DNA of 64,000 nt from Nitrosopumilus sp. (GTDB lineage Archaea; Thermoproteota; Nitrososphaeria; Nitrososphaerales; Nitrosopumilaceae): NCBI GenBank assembly GCA_965205215.1, contig OZ242041.1, forward strand, positions 256,001-320,000, written 5' to 3'. Positions 40,059 through 50,207 of this stretch are shown here, one piece after another (positions within the stretch are counted from its first letter, which is position 1; every line of letters begins with the position of its first letter). The notes under the pieces were generated by a model. It searched no databases and was not told where the DNA came from. It was given only the letters and a program-made list of their open reading frames with translations. The position numbers were made by a program, and so were the translations under genes.

Positions 40059-41522
40059 ATGAACGATACGGGCGGATACCGCGGCGCTGCGCTGCGGGCG
40101 CTGAACGACGCGGGCGCCGCAGTCGGGGACTCCGTCGTCATAACCTACAAGGACGGCACCAGGCGCGCTGGACTCCTAATGCCCAGGTACGAGCACGACG
40201 ACGACGCGCACGTCGTGGCAAAGCTGAGCAGCGGGTACAATGCGGGCATCGACGTTGACCTGATAAGAGAGATCTCAGTGGACAGGCGCAGCGCCGTCAC
40301 GGACATGGGGAAGGGGGACGGCAGCAACAGTGGCAATGGCGGCGGCGCAGACGGCGACGCCTCGGCCGCGGATCCACCCAGAACGGCGGCCCGAAACCGC
40401 GCAGGAGAGAAGAGGATACTGCTGCTCTCGACCGGCGGCACGATAGCAAGCAGAATAGACTACAGAACCGGAGCCGTGACCCCCGTGCTGTCGGCCTCGG
40501 ACCTGCTCGACTCCATACCGGAGCTGGCCGACATAGCCGAGATAGACTCGGAGGTGGTGATATCCGAGTATTCTGAGAACATAATGCCGGAGCACTGGCT
40601 GACGCTTGCGCGGCGCATAGACGAGCGCGCCGCGGGCCTCGGCGCCGGCGACGCCGCGGTGGGGGGTGACGGCGGCAAGTCCGATACCGCCACCGCCGCA
40701 TCAACAGCAGGAGGCGGCAGGCCGTACGCGGGCATCATAGTGGCGCACGGAACCGACACGATGCACTACACGTCCGCGTTCCTGTCGTTTGCGCTTGCGG
40801 GGCTCCCGATTCCCGTCGTCCTAGTGGGCGCGCAGAGGTCGTCGGACAGGGCGTCGTCGGACGCCGCGACCAACCTGATCGGGGCCGCAAGGTTTATTGC
40901 TTCACATAGCGGCGGCGGCGTCTACGTCGCAATGCACGGCGGCTCCGGGGACGACGAGATAGCGTGCCACGTAGGCACCAAGGTCAGAAAGAACCACACA
41001 AGCAGGAGGGACGCCTTTGAGACCATAGGCGGCAGGCCGGCGTTTGTCGTATCTGCCGACGGTGGCATATCCCCGGATAGTCCGGATGGCGCAGGCCGGC
41101 CGCGTCCCGGCCCCGAATACAGTCCCAAGATATCGCTCGACCAGAGGGTTGCGCTCGTAAAGTATCACCCCGGGTACGACCCGGCCCACTTGGGGCACAT
41201 AATCGACTCCGGATGCAGGGCCATAATATTCGAGGGGACCGGCCTGGGACACGTGGGAAGGGCCGTGTACGGGCAGGTCGCAAGGGCCGGCGAGCGCGGC
41301 GTGTTCATGGGTATGACGTCGCAGTGCATAGACGGCAGGACGGCGATGACAGTATACGAGAGCGGGCGCGATCTAATGGAGATGGGAGTGGTGCCGCTCG
41401 GTGACATGATACCGGAGGTCGCCCTGGTAAAGGCCATGTGGGCCGCCTCGCTGGCGGAGGACTCAGAGGGAATCAAAAGGATAATGCTTGAAAACGTCGC
41501 GTCGGAGATGACCGCACGGTGA
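40059..41522 (+). CDS. gatD: Glu-tRNA(Gln) amidotransferase subunit D
   Basis: KLSSGYNAG, TGGTIASRIDYRTG, HGTDTM, GAQRSSDR. Confidence 0.95.
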   Translation: MNDTGGYRGAALRALNDAGAAVGDSVVITYKDGTRRAGLLMPRYEHDDDAHVVAKLSSGYNAGIDVDLIREISVDRRSAVTDMGKGDGSNSGNGGGADGDASAADPPRTAARNRAGEKRILLLSTGGTIASRIDYRTGAVTPVLSASDLLDSIPELADIAEIDSEVVISEYSENIMPEHWLTLARRIDERAAGLGAGDAAVGGDGGKSDTATAASTAGGGRPYAGIIVAHGTDTMHYTSAFLSFALAGLPIPVVLVGAQRSSDRASSDAATNLIGAARFIASHSGGGVYVAMHGGSGDDEIACHVGTKVRKNHTSRRDAFETIGGRPAFVVSADGGISPDSPDGAGRPRPGPEYSPKISLDQRVALVKYHPGYDPAHLGHIIDSGCRAIIFEGTGLGHVGRAVYGQVARAGERGVFMGMTSQCIDGRTAMTVYESGRDLMEMGVVPLGDMIPEVALVKAMWAASLAEDSEGIKRIMLENVASEMTAR

Positions 41523-43534
41523 GCGTGCAGGGGACGCCGAGCCTCGGGGACCTGGGCGTCATGGTGGGGCTGGAGATACACCAGCAGCTCGCGACCGGCA
41601 AAAAGCTGTTCTGCGGCTGCCCGCCGGCCGAGCCCGACGCGTACCCCATAACGTTCAGCCGCAGGCTTAGATCATCAAGCGGCGAGGTCGGGGGGCACGA
41701 CCCGGCGGCGCTCTTCGAGGGGGCAAGGGCCAAGACCATCACATACTATGCAAACTACAACAGCAGCTGCCTGGTCGAGCAGGACGAGGAGCCGCCGCAC
41801 TGTCTGGATCCCGACGCCAAGAGGACGGCGCTGACAATCGCGTCCGCGCTCAAGTCCAGGACGTACACCGAGCTCCACACCATGAGGAAGACCGTGGTGG
41901 ACGGCTCAAACACGACAGGCTTCCAGCGGACCATGCTGGTGTCGGAGGGGGGGTCGTTTGACGTGCCGTTGCCGTCGTCGTCGCCGTCGCAGGGACTGGA
42001 AGGCGGGGCGCCGGGCACCACAAGGATCGGAGTCCAGTCCATATGCCTAGAGGAGGACGCCGCAAGGATACTCGAGGCAGGAGCCCATGCGGACGTGGAT
42101 GCCAAGGGGTACGGCCTCGAGAGGCTCGGGGTGCCGCTAGTCGAGATTGCAACGGAGCCGTTTGACGTGTCTGACCCGGACGCGGTGAGGGCCGCGGCCC
42201 TGTCGCTTGGGAGGATGCTGCGGGGCACCAGGATGGTGACGCGCGGCCTGGGCTCCATCAGGCAGGACGTCAACGTGAGCATAAGGGACGGCGGGGGCAG
42301 CGTGGTGGAGGTCAAGGGGGTGCAGCAGCTCGACCAGCTTGCAGACGTGGTGTCGTACGAGGCGTACAGGCAGCACGGGCTGACTGCCATATCAGCAAGG
42401 CTGCGGGAGTGCCGGTGGGAGCACGACGCGTCGCGGGACAGGGCGGACGTAACCGGCGTATTCAGACAGTCCGCGTCATCGAAGATAATCCAGAGGGCCG
42501 TAAAGCAGAACCATATAATCATGGCAGTCGCGTTCAGGAACGCGGCCGGAATATTCGGATACTCCCCGCACGAGGACGTCAGGCTCGGCAAGGAGATAGC
42601 AGAGCTCGTCAGGCGGTTCGGCGTGGGCGGCATATTCCACTCCGACGAGCTTCCGGCGTACGGAGTAACGGAGCAGGACGTGGCCGAGGTGGCCGGACTG
42701 CTGCAGGCAAGCCTCGACACGGACGCGTTCATCATGCTGGCGGCCCCGGCCGGCAGGACGGGCCCCATCATAGACCAGATAGTCTCAAGGGTGCGGCGCA
42801 TAGCAACGGACGGCGTCCCGGCCGACACCAGGCTTGCCACGGCCGACGGCAGGACCGCGTTTCTGAGGCCCCGGCCCGGCTCTGCGCGCATGTACCCGGA
42901 GACTGACGTCCCCACGATTACCATAACGCAGGAGGAGCTGGACCGCGCCGCGGCCGACGTGTCAAAACCGTGGAGCGAGGCGGTGTCAGACCTGCAGGAC
43001 GCGTACGGCATCAACAGGCAGCTTGCAGAGCAGCTCTGGGACTCGCCATATCTGGAGCTGTTCGAGGAGATTGCGTCCGGGCGAGGCGCCCGGGCGGCAG
43101 CGGAGACGGTGGAACCTACGTTCGTGGCATCCGCGCTCTGCTCGTCGATAACGAGGCTGGGCAGGCAGGAGGGCATGGATGCCGGACGGCTTGACGATCA
43201 GATGATACGCGAGACGTTTGAGATGCTCGGAGAGAACAAGATTGCCAAGGAATCAGTCGAGATGATATTCCAGGCCATAATGTCGGCCAGGGCCGGAACC
43301 GTCTCAGACGCCATAAAGTCGGCGTCCATACAGAGCGTCGGCGCAGACGAGCTCGAGGAGATAGTAAGCGGGATAATACAAGACAACATGGAGATGATCT
43401 CAAACCAGGGCGAGCGGGCGGCGGGGCCCCTCATGGGAATCGCCATGAAGCGGCTCAGGGGCAGGGCCCCCGGGCAGAGGGTCAACGAACTGATCGTAAG
43501 CGGCATTGCAGACGCACTGCGGGAAGCAAAGTAG
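41519..43534 (+). CDS. gatE: Glu-tRNA(Gln) amidotransferase subunit E
   Basis: GLEIHQQL, DGSNTTGFQRT, RPRPGSARMYPETD. Confidence 0.96.
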   Translation: MSVQGTPSLGDLGVMVGLEIHQQLATGKKLFCGCPPAEPDAYPITFSRRLRSSSGEVGGHDPAALFEGARAKTITYYANYNSSCLVEQDEEPPHCLDPDAKRTALTIASALKSRTYTELHTMRKTVVDGSNTTGFQRTMLVSEGGSFDVPLPSSSPSQGLEGGAPGTTRIGVQSICLEEDAARILEAGAHADVDAKGYGLERLGVPLVEIATEPFDVSDPDAVRAAALSLGRMLRGTRMVTRGLGSIRQDVNVSIRDGGGSVVEVKGVQQLDQLADVVSYEAYRQHGLTAISARLRECRWEHDASRDRADVTGVFRQSASSKIIQRAVKQNHIIMAVAFRNAAGIFGYSPHEDVRLGKEIAELVRRFGVGGIFHSDELPAYGVTEQDVAEVAGLLQASLDTDAFIMLAAPAGRTGPIIDQIVSRVRRIATDGVPADTRLATADGRTAFLRPRPGSARMYPETDVPTITITQEELDRAAADVSKPWSEAVSDLQDAYGINRQLAEQLWDSPYLELFEEIASGRGARAAAETVEPTFVASALCSSITRLGRQEGMDAGRLDDQMIRETFEMLGENKIAKESVEMIFQAIMSARAGTVSDAIKSASIQSVGADELEEIVSGIIQDNMEMISNQGERAAGPLMGIAMKRLRGRAPGQRVNELIVSGIADALREAK

Positions 43535-43630
43535 CCCATAGCGGGGACGACAGCGGCGCGGTAACCGTTCAATCCTTCTCACCTCCCCCCCCCCCCCATG
43601 ACACGGGGCAGGAATTCGGGCAGTCCGGGC

Positions 43631-45454
43631 CTAATAGTAGTGATGCATCTGGCGCTGCTCCAGGCCCTCCTGCTCCCAGTGGTTGTGGTTCCTGCCGGGA
43701 TCCTTGTGGGCGTGCACGGTGCCGTCTATATGGCAGTGCGTGTTGTCGATCAAATCCTTGACAAAGACGTCATCCACGTTCAGGACGGCGCATGCGGCCT
43801 CTACGGAGCTCTTGAGAACCTGGGCCTTTACGGCATACGGCTCTATGACGCTGTAGGGCAGGAGGGAGACGTCGCATATGCTCCGGGAAGCATGGTCGAT
43901 CCCGTACCAGCCCGAGGGCGGGTCGGAGACGGCGGCGGCGCCGTTGTCCCCGTCACCGGTCCCGCCGGCATTGTCACCGGCGCGGGTCGTCGCAGCACGC
44001 GATCCCCGGCGGTCTCCGTGCACCCTTGAGCGCAGGAGCGGCAGCGCGTCCAGCGTCTCAATCCCGGCGTTCTCGGCAAGGGTCATTGGAACCGACTCGA
44101 GCGCGTCTGCAAACCTTGCGGCCGCGACCTGCGCCTTCCCGGCCATCACACCCGACTCGTCCCTGACCCGCCGCGCGAGAATGGCCTCGCACGAGCCCGC
44201 CCCATACACCAGGTACGGGCATTCGACGAAACCCCTCAGCATGTGCAGCACGTTGAGCGCGGTGCGGTGAAACTCGTCTAGGTACCTCTTTGAGTTGGCC
44301 CGCAAGAGGAGCGTCACGGACTTTGCGTCGTCACGCCCGGACTCGACGAAGAGCATCCTGTCCCCGCCCACGCTCCTCTCGCATACCAGGTCCGCATGCC
44401 CCATCTTCGCTCCTGACATGTCGCGTATGTCCGTGCATGTGACGGCGCCCGTCGCCTTTTCAAGCCACCATATGTCGTTGTGCTTGACCCGCCTCACAGA
44501 GATTATGCCGCTCCTTGCAAGCAGCTCCTGGGCCTCGTCGTCAATCCCCTTGCGGGATATGACCACGTTGGCACCGCTGCCGATCACCCCGCTCACCGCG
44601 CCGCGCACGTCGTCGGACTCCTGCCGCAGGAACTCCTTCATCTGTCCGGGAGAGTCCATCGCAATCTCCGACTCTGTCTTGGTGCGGCTGCGCTCAAGCG
44701 GCTCGCTCACAAGCAGTATCCGGGCGTCGCGCACGGCGCGGGGCATGGCGGCGCTGTCCACGGGCTTGTCGATTACGGTCCCCATTACCAGTTCGGTCTG
44801 CGCCGCGCTGCCGGGCTTTTCCTCTATCTTGACATCATCAGTATGGGCGCGCCCGGAGGACACGTCAGACGTGCAGTATGCGGCGCGTACCAGCATGTCG
44901 ACGATGCCGCCGTTTCCGGCGCCATTGCCCCGGCCATCCCGGACGCGGCTCCCCTCGCAGAGCTCCCCGAGCGCTGTGCCCCTGATGCAGCAGCGCGCCA
45001 GATCACGCATGGTGCGGTGGTCCGAGGCCCTGCCCTCGAACTTTATGCGCCCCAGTTCCGCCAGCGCGGCCTCCAGTCCCGCCTCGTATCCTGCAATGAT
45101 ACTGGCAGTCGGGATGCGCAGGGCGCGCATCTCCCTGGCATTCCTGAGCAGGGCCCCGATCAGCACCGCAGCGGTCGTGGTTCCGTCGCCCACGTGGTTG
45201 TCCACTGTGTTTACCGCGTCGATGACGGCCTTGGCGGCCGGGTGGTCCACGTCAATCTTGCGCAGAAACGCGCCCCCGTGCACGGTCAGGGTATCCTCGC
45301 CGAGGATGTCAACGTACACCTTCATCATGCCGCGCGGCCCGAGCGCCGTTCTAACCGTCCGTGTTACGAGCTCGCCGGCAATCAGATTGTACATCTGCGA
45401 CTCCTGCACGCCGATGCGCGACAGGTCGGGGTTGAATATGTCGGGGTACTTCAT
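43631..45454 (-). CDS. Divergent group II chaperonin (thermosome-like) with His-rich C-terminal tail
   Basis: LGPRGMMK, HPAAK, GDGTTT and LEKATGA motifs; tail THCHIDGTVHAH...NHNH...MHHYY. Confidence 0.88.
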   Translation of the reverse strand: MKYPDIFNPDLSRIGVQESQMYNLIAGELVTRTVRTALGPRGMMKVYVDILGEDTLTVHGGAFLRKIDVDHPAAKAVIDAVNTVDNHVGDGTTTAAVLIGALLRNAREMRALRIPTASIIAGYEAGLEAALAELGRIKFEGRASDHRTMRDLARCCIRGTALGELCEGSRVRDGRGNGAGNGGIVDMLVRAAYCTSDVSSGRAHTDDVKIEEKPGSAAQTELVMGTVIDKPVDSAAMPRAVRDARILLVSEPLERSRTKTESEIAMDSPGQMKEFLRQESDDVRGAVSGVIGSGANVVISRKGIDDEAQELLARSGIISVRRVKHNDIWWLEKATGAVTCTDIRDMSGAKMGHADLVCERSVGGDRMLFVESGRDDAKSVTLLLRANSKRYLDEFHRTALNVLHMLRGFVECPYLVYGAGSCEAILARRVRDESGVMAGKAQVAAARFADALESVPMTLAENAGIETLDALPLLRSRVHGDRRGSRAATTRAGDNAGGTGDGDNGAAAVSDPPSGWYGIDHASRSICDVSLLPYSVIEPYAVKAQVLKSSVEAACAVLNVDDVFVKDLIDNTHCHIDGTVHAHKDPGRNHNHWEQEGLEQRQMHHYY

Positions 45455-45493
45455 TAGCGGTATTACGATAATGATGCGGACAGGTTAAAAACT

Positions 45494-47137
45494 TCAGGCT
45501 CCCTTGCTTGGCACGCCGCCGGGCACGTTGCCGACCCCCTTTGCGCCGCCGTCCTTGCCTCCGGCGCCCTCCCCGCCGTCGCCGCCCGAGTCCTGCGGCA
45601 CTCCCTCAAGCCCCGAGCTCATGAAGTCTTCCCTAAAGTGCCTTAGGTCCTCGCCTGCAATCACGTCCTCCTCGGGCGGTACATAGTCGCGCACGTCGTG
45701 CCTGGCCTTTCCCGGATACCGGTTCTGGGTCGCAAGGGCCACGGCGATGAACACCGCGAACGAGACGACCGGCGGGATCATGGTGTCCAGTCCCGCCCAC
45801 TCCTCGGGCATGGTAAAGAAGAACGACAGCCGCAGGAACGACGCTATCAGGAGGGACGCGACGGCAGCAGGCATGTTTGCCTTCTTCCAGAACAGCCCCA
45901 GGGTAAGCGGGGCAAAGGCCCCCGCGAACATGATGTCAAAGGCCAGCACCAGATAGACCCCGGGGTTGGGCACCAGGTATCCCAGCGTGGTTCCCGCCAC
46001 AATCATGGGGAATAGCGTGACCCTCGTCATCCACAGCAGGCTCTTGTCGCTTGTGCCGGGCTTTCCAAGCCACCTCCTGCGTATTATCCTGTTTACGAGG
46101 TTGCGCGACACGACGCTTGATATGGCCAGCAACCCACCGCTGGCAGTGGACATGGATGCGCCGATCACCCCCATGAGGATGGCCGCGCCCACCGCAAAGG
46201 GCATGTGCAAGGTGCTGAGCAGCGGGAGCGCGAACCCGGGATCCGTGTCACCCGGCAGGTAGTAGAGCGCCACGATCCCAAGCATGCTGGTGGGCACGAC
46301 GGTAAACAGGGTGAGGGCCCCGCCCATGTATGCGCCCCGTCGTGCAGTCCTCGGATCCTTTGAGGCAAACACGCGCTCCATAAAGTCCAGGGCGATGATG
46401 TCGCCCAGCCCCAGCGCCAGTATGGCGCCCCAGTTTATCAGGGCCCCGTTGCCGATGTCAAACAGCCCCGACAGGTCCAGGAACTCGGGCGGCGCGTTCG
46501 CGTATATGACAGCCCACGGGGCGTCTGCAAACCCCCCCGCAAAGTACAGGAATCCGACCCAGAACGCGGCGATTGCAAGATATACTTGGAACAGGTTGGT
46601 GTACGCGGACGCAAACAGGCCGCCTGCGCAGGTATACGCAACCACCACCAGGGCCGAGAATAGAATCCCCCAGAAAAAGTCAATCCCGAACACGATCTCC
46701 AGTATGAACCCGCTTGCGGCCAGGTTCCCCGCGACCAGGACGGTAAAGCTGATTATCATGAGTACGCCGGATATGCCCTCTGCCGCGTTGCCGTACCTCC
46801 TGTAGTAAAAGTCCGGCAGGGTTATCATCGACATCTTGTTGAGGGGCTTTGCGTAGAACGTGGCCGTGATCAGCAGGCACACGCCCAGCCCTATGGGCAC
46901 GACGGCCCCGGCCCAGAATCCAAACTCGAAGACCAGCGCCACGTTGCCAAGCGACGAGTTGCCGTCCACTGCCTGCGCGGCGAGCATCGTCCCGACCATG
47001 GCAAGCGGCAGGCTCTTGCCCGCGACAATCAGCCGCTTGCCGCTCTGCTTTATGAGCCGGCCCGACAGGACGCCGACTACCAGTGTAAGCAGGATAAACA
47101 GTATGATCGCGGCCCCAAAGCCGTCTATCTCCGCCAA
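45494..47137 (-). CDS. Sodium:solute symporter (SSS/SLC5 family), substrate unknown
   Basis: About 13 TM helices; VAGKSLP, TLPDFYYRRYG, ASMSTASG, LGLFWKKAN. Confidence 0.9.
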   Translation of the reverse strand: MAEIDGFGAAIILFILLTLVVGVLSGRLIKQSGKRLIVAGKSLPLAMVGTMLAAQAVDGNSSLGNVALVFEFGFWAGAVVPIGLGVCLLITATFYAKPLNKMSMITLPDFYYRRYGNAAEGISGVLMIISFTVLVAGNLAASGFILEIVFGIDFFWGILFSALVVVAYTCAGGLFASAYTNLFQVYLAIAAFWVGFLYFAGGFADAPWAVIYANAPPEFLDLSGLFDIGNGALINWGAILALGLGDIIALDFMERVFASKDPRTARRGAYMGGALTLFTVVPTSMLGIVALYYLPGDTDPGFALPLLSTLHMPFAVGAAILMGVIGASMSTASGGLLAISSVVSRNLVNRIIRRRWLGKPGTSDKSLLWMTRVTLFPMIVAGTTLGYLVPNPGVYLVLAFDIMFAGAFAPLTLGLFWKKANMPAAVASLLIASFLRLSFFFTMPEEWAGLDTMIPPVVSFAVFIAVALATQNRYPGKARHDVRDYVPPEEDVIAGEDLRHFREDFMSSGLEGVPQDSGGDGGEGAGGKDGGAKGVGNVPGGVPSKGA

Positions 47138-47159
47138 CGCACCTGTTACGGATGCAGAC

Positions 47160-47280
47160 CTATTAAATATTGAAAATTTGATGTAAAGTACGTATTACGC
47201 ATAAAATATTATGTGTATAATACAAATTTATGCATAAAACGTAGTAAATACTAAAAAAAGATAGATTATATAAAGATACA
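47160..47280. promoter_or_regulatory. AT-rich regulatory region upstream of the SSS gene, with palindromes
   Basis: TATA-like at 47160-47167 (minus strand); cataa-aata-ttatg at 47200-47213; perfect palindrome tttatgcataaa at 47227-47238. Confidence 0.55.
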
Positions 47281-47539
47281 ACAAGTGGCGGGGCGCCCCT
47301 GCAGAAAGGAGTACTGCAAGGCGGCCCGCAGAGGCGGCGGCGGGGCTGTGGCTCACGGCATGCCCTTTCTTCCTCCTCCTCCTACTCCCTCCCTTTCCTC
47401 CCCCCCCCCTCCCCGCTAGTACAATACCCGGCGCGTCATCAGGATTCCGCGCCAGAGGCTCAATACTATGAAATGCCCAAGTGCCGGCCAAAACCGGCCA
47501 GAACATCGGCATGCGCCACGAACTGCTTTTAATCTACCA

Positions 47540-47761
47540 ATGCACATCCCGTCTGTGGACAAGCAGTTTGCGGCGGCAGTCATACTGATAATATTCGGTT
47601 TTGCCCTGACCCAGATGGGCGGCGGGGAGCAGGCGCAGGGCGGCGCAGACCAGAGCATGCCGTTTCTGGCGGGGCTTGGGGTCGGGACCATCGCAATTGC
47701 GTCGTTCTGGATAGTGATGCGGATCATATCAGACATCAAGAAGAACCGCACGAGACAGTGA
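47540..47761 (+). CDS. Small two-TM membrane protein
   Basis: Two hydrophobic helices and a basic C-terminus. Confidence 0.6.
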   Translation: MHIPSVDKQFAAAVILIIFGFALTQMGGGEQAQGGADQSMPFLAGLGVGTIAIASFWIVMRIISDIKKNRTRQ

Positions 47762-47998
47762 CTACAGGCGCGGCGACTGCAAGCGTTCGTCGCGCTTGGC
47801 CGCACGCGTCCGCGGTGGCGCGCACTGCAGACGGCGCGCGACGACGCAAGGTTTTGACGGCATGCGCCCGGATCGGTTGGGGCCTTATGCCCACAACTAC
47901 CAGATGCAGGACGCGCCCAAGCGTAAATTAAGCCGGCCGGAACGTTCACTTTTAATATATTCATAAAATAATATAAACGCCAGTACGGTACGCACTGC

Positions 47999-48523
47999 AT
48001 GCCCGGCAGTGGATATTCTACAATCGGCCTCAAGCCGGGCATACTGGCGCTCCTCACAAGCGTCACGGACACGTTTTATCCGGGAATGTTCCTGCCAAGC
48101 ACTCTGATAATTCTGATGAACGAGGTGAGGCTGGGACGGTATACGGTAAGGATGCACGGCCACAGGCTCGACCTCTCAGGCAAGTACAACACGCTGACCA
48201 TACGCAACGACATAAAGGAGTGGATTGACAGCCACCACAAGGAACACATGGAGGAGTACGCGTCAAAATACCGCATAAAGTGCTACTCGCACTTTGTCAG
48301 CTACTTTCTTGCAAACCTGTTCGAGTCAAAGTTCGAGTCGCAGAACGGGATCATACGGCTGCAGGAATCGGACTTTGAGTGGCTTCACTCAGAGTACGAG
48401 TCGCACCGTGCCGCGGCAGCAGGATCCGGGAACGGCAATATGACCTTTGACAGGTTTGCCGACGTGTACGTAAACAACATCCTGCAAAGGATGAGAACCG
48501 CAAAGGAGATCCTCTCTGCCTGA
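47999..48523 (+). CDS. Hypothetical protein with tandem ribbon-helix-helix-like modules
   Basis: Three beta-alpha-alpha patterns: YSTIGLKP, YNTLTIRNDIKEWI, IIRLQESDFEWL. Strong TATA upstream. Confidence 0.65.
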   Translation: MPGSGYSTIGLKPGILALLTSVTDTFYPGMFLPSTLIILMNEVRLGRYTVRMHGHRLDLSGKYNTLTIRNDIKEWIDSHHKEHMEEYASKYRIKCYSHFVSYFLANLFESKFESQNGIIRLQESDFEWLHSEYESHRAAAAGSGNGNMTFDRFADVYVNNILQRMRTAKEILSA

Positions 48524-48527
48524 GCCG

Positions 48528-48782
48528 TCACAGCGGCGTCATGGTGTCGATCAGCCTAGCGTTTGTAACCTGGCAGTCCCTCTCCTGTATCTCGAGGTCC
48601 ACGGTATACTTTAGCCCGTCACGCATAAAGTTCACCTGCACGTCCCACGCCACGCGCGGCCCCTTTTCGGGTATCTGAAACGTCTCGTTGACCCTAAAGT
48701 CGGATATCACGTCGCCGTACAGGGACGTGATGACGCGCTTGGACTCGCGCTCTATGTCCGCCGGCGTGCTTACCGCAACCAT
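48528..48782 (-). CDS. Small conserved hypothetical protein
   Basis: Clean ORF, helix plus beta-strands, TATA-like cttataa upstream. Confidence 0.65.
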   Translation of the reverse strand: MVAVSTPADIERESKRVITSLYGDVISDFRVNETFQIPEKGPRVAWDVQVNFMRDGLKYTVDLEIQERDCQVTNARLIDTMTPL

Positions 48783-48932
48783 GCATGTAGTATGGCGTGG
48801 TATGTTATAAGATTTTTGTCACTGTCGTGTTGTTGCAAATTACACATAATATTCTCGGGCGGGCTGCCTGCGTACAGTACGAATTGCCCGCCGGGCGGGC
48901 CGTGAATTGCGCGTGCGCGCATTCCGCATTAA

Positions 48933-50207
48933 TTATGGCGGCAGTCGCCGGTCATCTTGGCCCTCCCTCTTCCTCCCTTTTGCGGCCCTTTTTTGCGCCT
49001 TTGTGATTTTTTCCACAACCTTGTCCCGGTAGTACTCGGCGGTGCGGTTGCCGGGATCAAGCGAGAGCGCCTTTTCGTACGACAGGAGGGCCTCGGCGTA
49101 CCGCTCCAGCAGGTACAGCAGCTTTCCGCGATAACTGTGCGCGTACACGTACCCCGGATCCGCGCCGATGGCCAGATCGCAGTATTCAAGGGCCTCCGCG
49201 TATCGTTTGCGGTGCTCCAAGATCCAGACCATGCTGCACAGGGCCTTGGGATTGGATGGGTCGGCGCGTATCGCAGCGTCGCAAAAGAACGCGGCCGCGG
49301 CATGCTGCTTTAGCGAGTGTAGCGCGATCCCCTTGCTGTAAAGGGCCCTGACGTTCCTCGGATCGTACTCGAGAATCCTGTCAAGGCACTCGACTGCCTT
49401 GCGGTACAGGCCGGTCCGGTCATACAGGAAGCTCAGGTTGAGGTGGGCCTCGGTGCAGTGCGGGTCGATCCGTATGGCCTTCTCATAGAGCGGGACCACG
49501 TCCTTTGAGGGAAGCCCTGCATAGTCAAGCGTCCAGCCCTTTGCCACGAGCGCGTCCGTGTTCTCCGGGTTCAGGCGCAGCGCCCTTGTGTACATCTCCA
49601 CCGCCTTCTCGTGCCTTTTCTGCCGTGACAGTGCCTGGCCCTGCTCGTACAGGGCAGCAGACTGCATGGCCTCGGCCTTCCTTGCATCGTCCAGGGCCGA
49701 TATGGACTCGGCGTCCCTGTGCATCCGGCTCAGGACGCGGCTCCTGCAGTAGTGCGCCTGCACGTGGTTGCCGCCGCTTCTCGATATCGCTCCGTCAAGC
49801 ATCGCAATCGCCTCGTCGTGATCCCCGAGTCCGCTCCTGCAGAGGGCCGAGTATGCCACTGCGTCGTCATACGTGGCGTCTATTGCAAGGATCCTCTCAA
49901 AGTGTGCAAGGGCCTCCGCGTACTTGTGCTGCTTTTCGAGCGTGAGTCCCAGGCCCTGCAGGGCGTCTATGTTGGAGGGATCGGACTTGACTATCTCTGC
50001 ATAGCAGCGCTCGGAGTCGTCGTACCTTCCCGTCTGGTAGTGTATGCCAGCAATGTGCATCAGGGCGGTCCCGTTGTGCGGGTTTATGCTCAAGGCCTTT
50101 GCGAACCGGGAAGCCGCCTTTGAGAGCTGCCCGTACCGCTCGCACCGGAGTCCCTCGTTTATGTGGCGCCACTCGTTTACGCCGCGTCCCTTTCCTGCAA
50201 ATACCAC
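48933..50207 (-). CDS. Tetratricopeptide repeat protein
   Basis: About 11 34-aa repeats (A...Y..AL.LDP). Confidence 0.9.
   Translation of the reverse strand: MVFAGKGRGVNEWRHINEGLRCERYGQLSKAASRFAKALSINPHNGTALMHIAGIHYQTGRYDDSERCYAEIVKSDPSNIDALQGLGLTLEKQHKYAEALAHFERILAIDATYDDAVAYSALCRSGLGDHDEAIAMLDGAISRSGGNHVQAHYCRSRVLSRMHRDAESISALDDARKAEAMQSAALYEQGQALSRQKRHEKAVEMYTRALRLNPENTDALVAKGWTLDYAGLPSKDVVPLYEKAIRIDPHCTEAHLNLSFLYDRTGLYRKAVECLDRILEYDPRNVRALYSKGIALHSLKQHAAAAFFCDAAIRADPSNPKALCSMVWILEHRKRYAEALEYCDLAIGADPGYVYAHSYRGKLLYLLERYAEALLSYEKALSLDPGNRTAEYYRDKVVEKITKAQKRAAKGRKREGQDDRRLPP

Noticed and set aside
43585-43597. Poly-C13 tract as a phase-variation switch (similar C/G runs near 12270, 37545 and 47400)
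   Set aside because: It is intergenic between convergent genes, with no reading frame or promoter affected.
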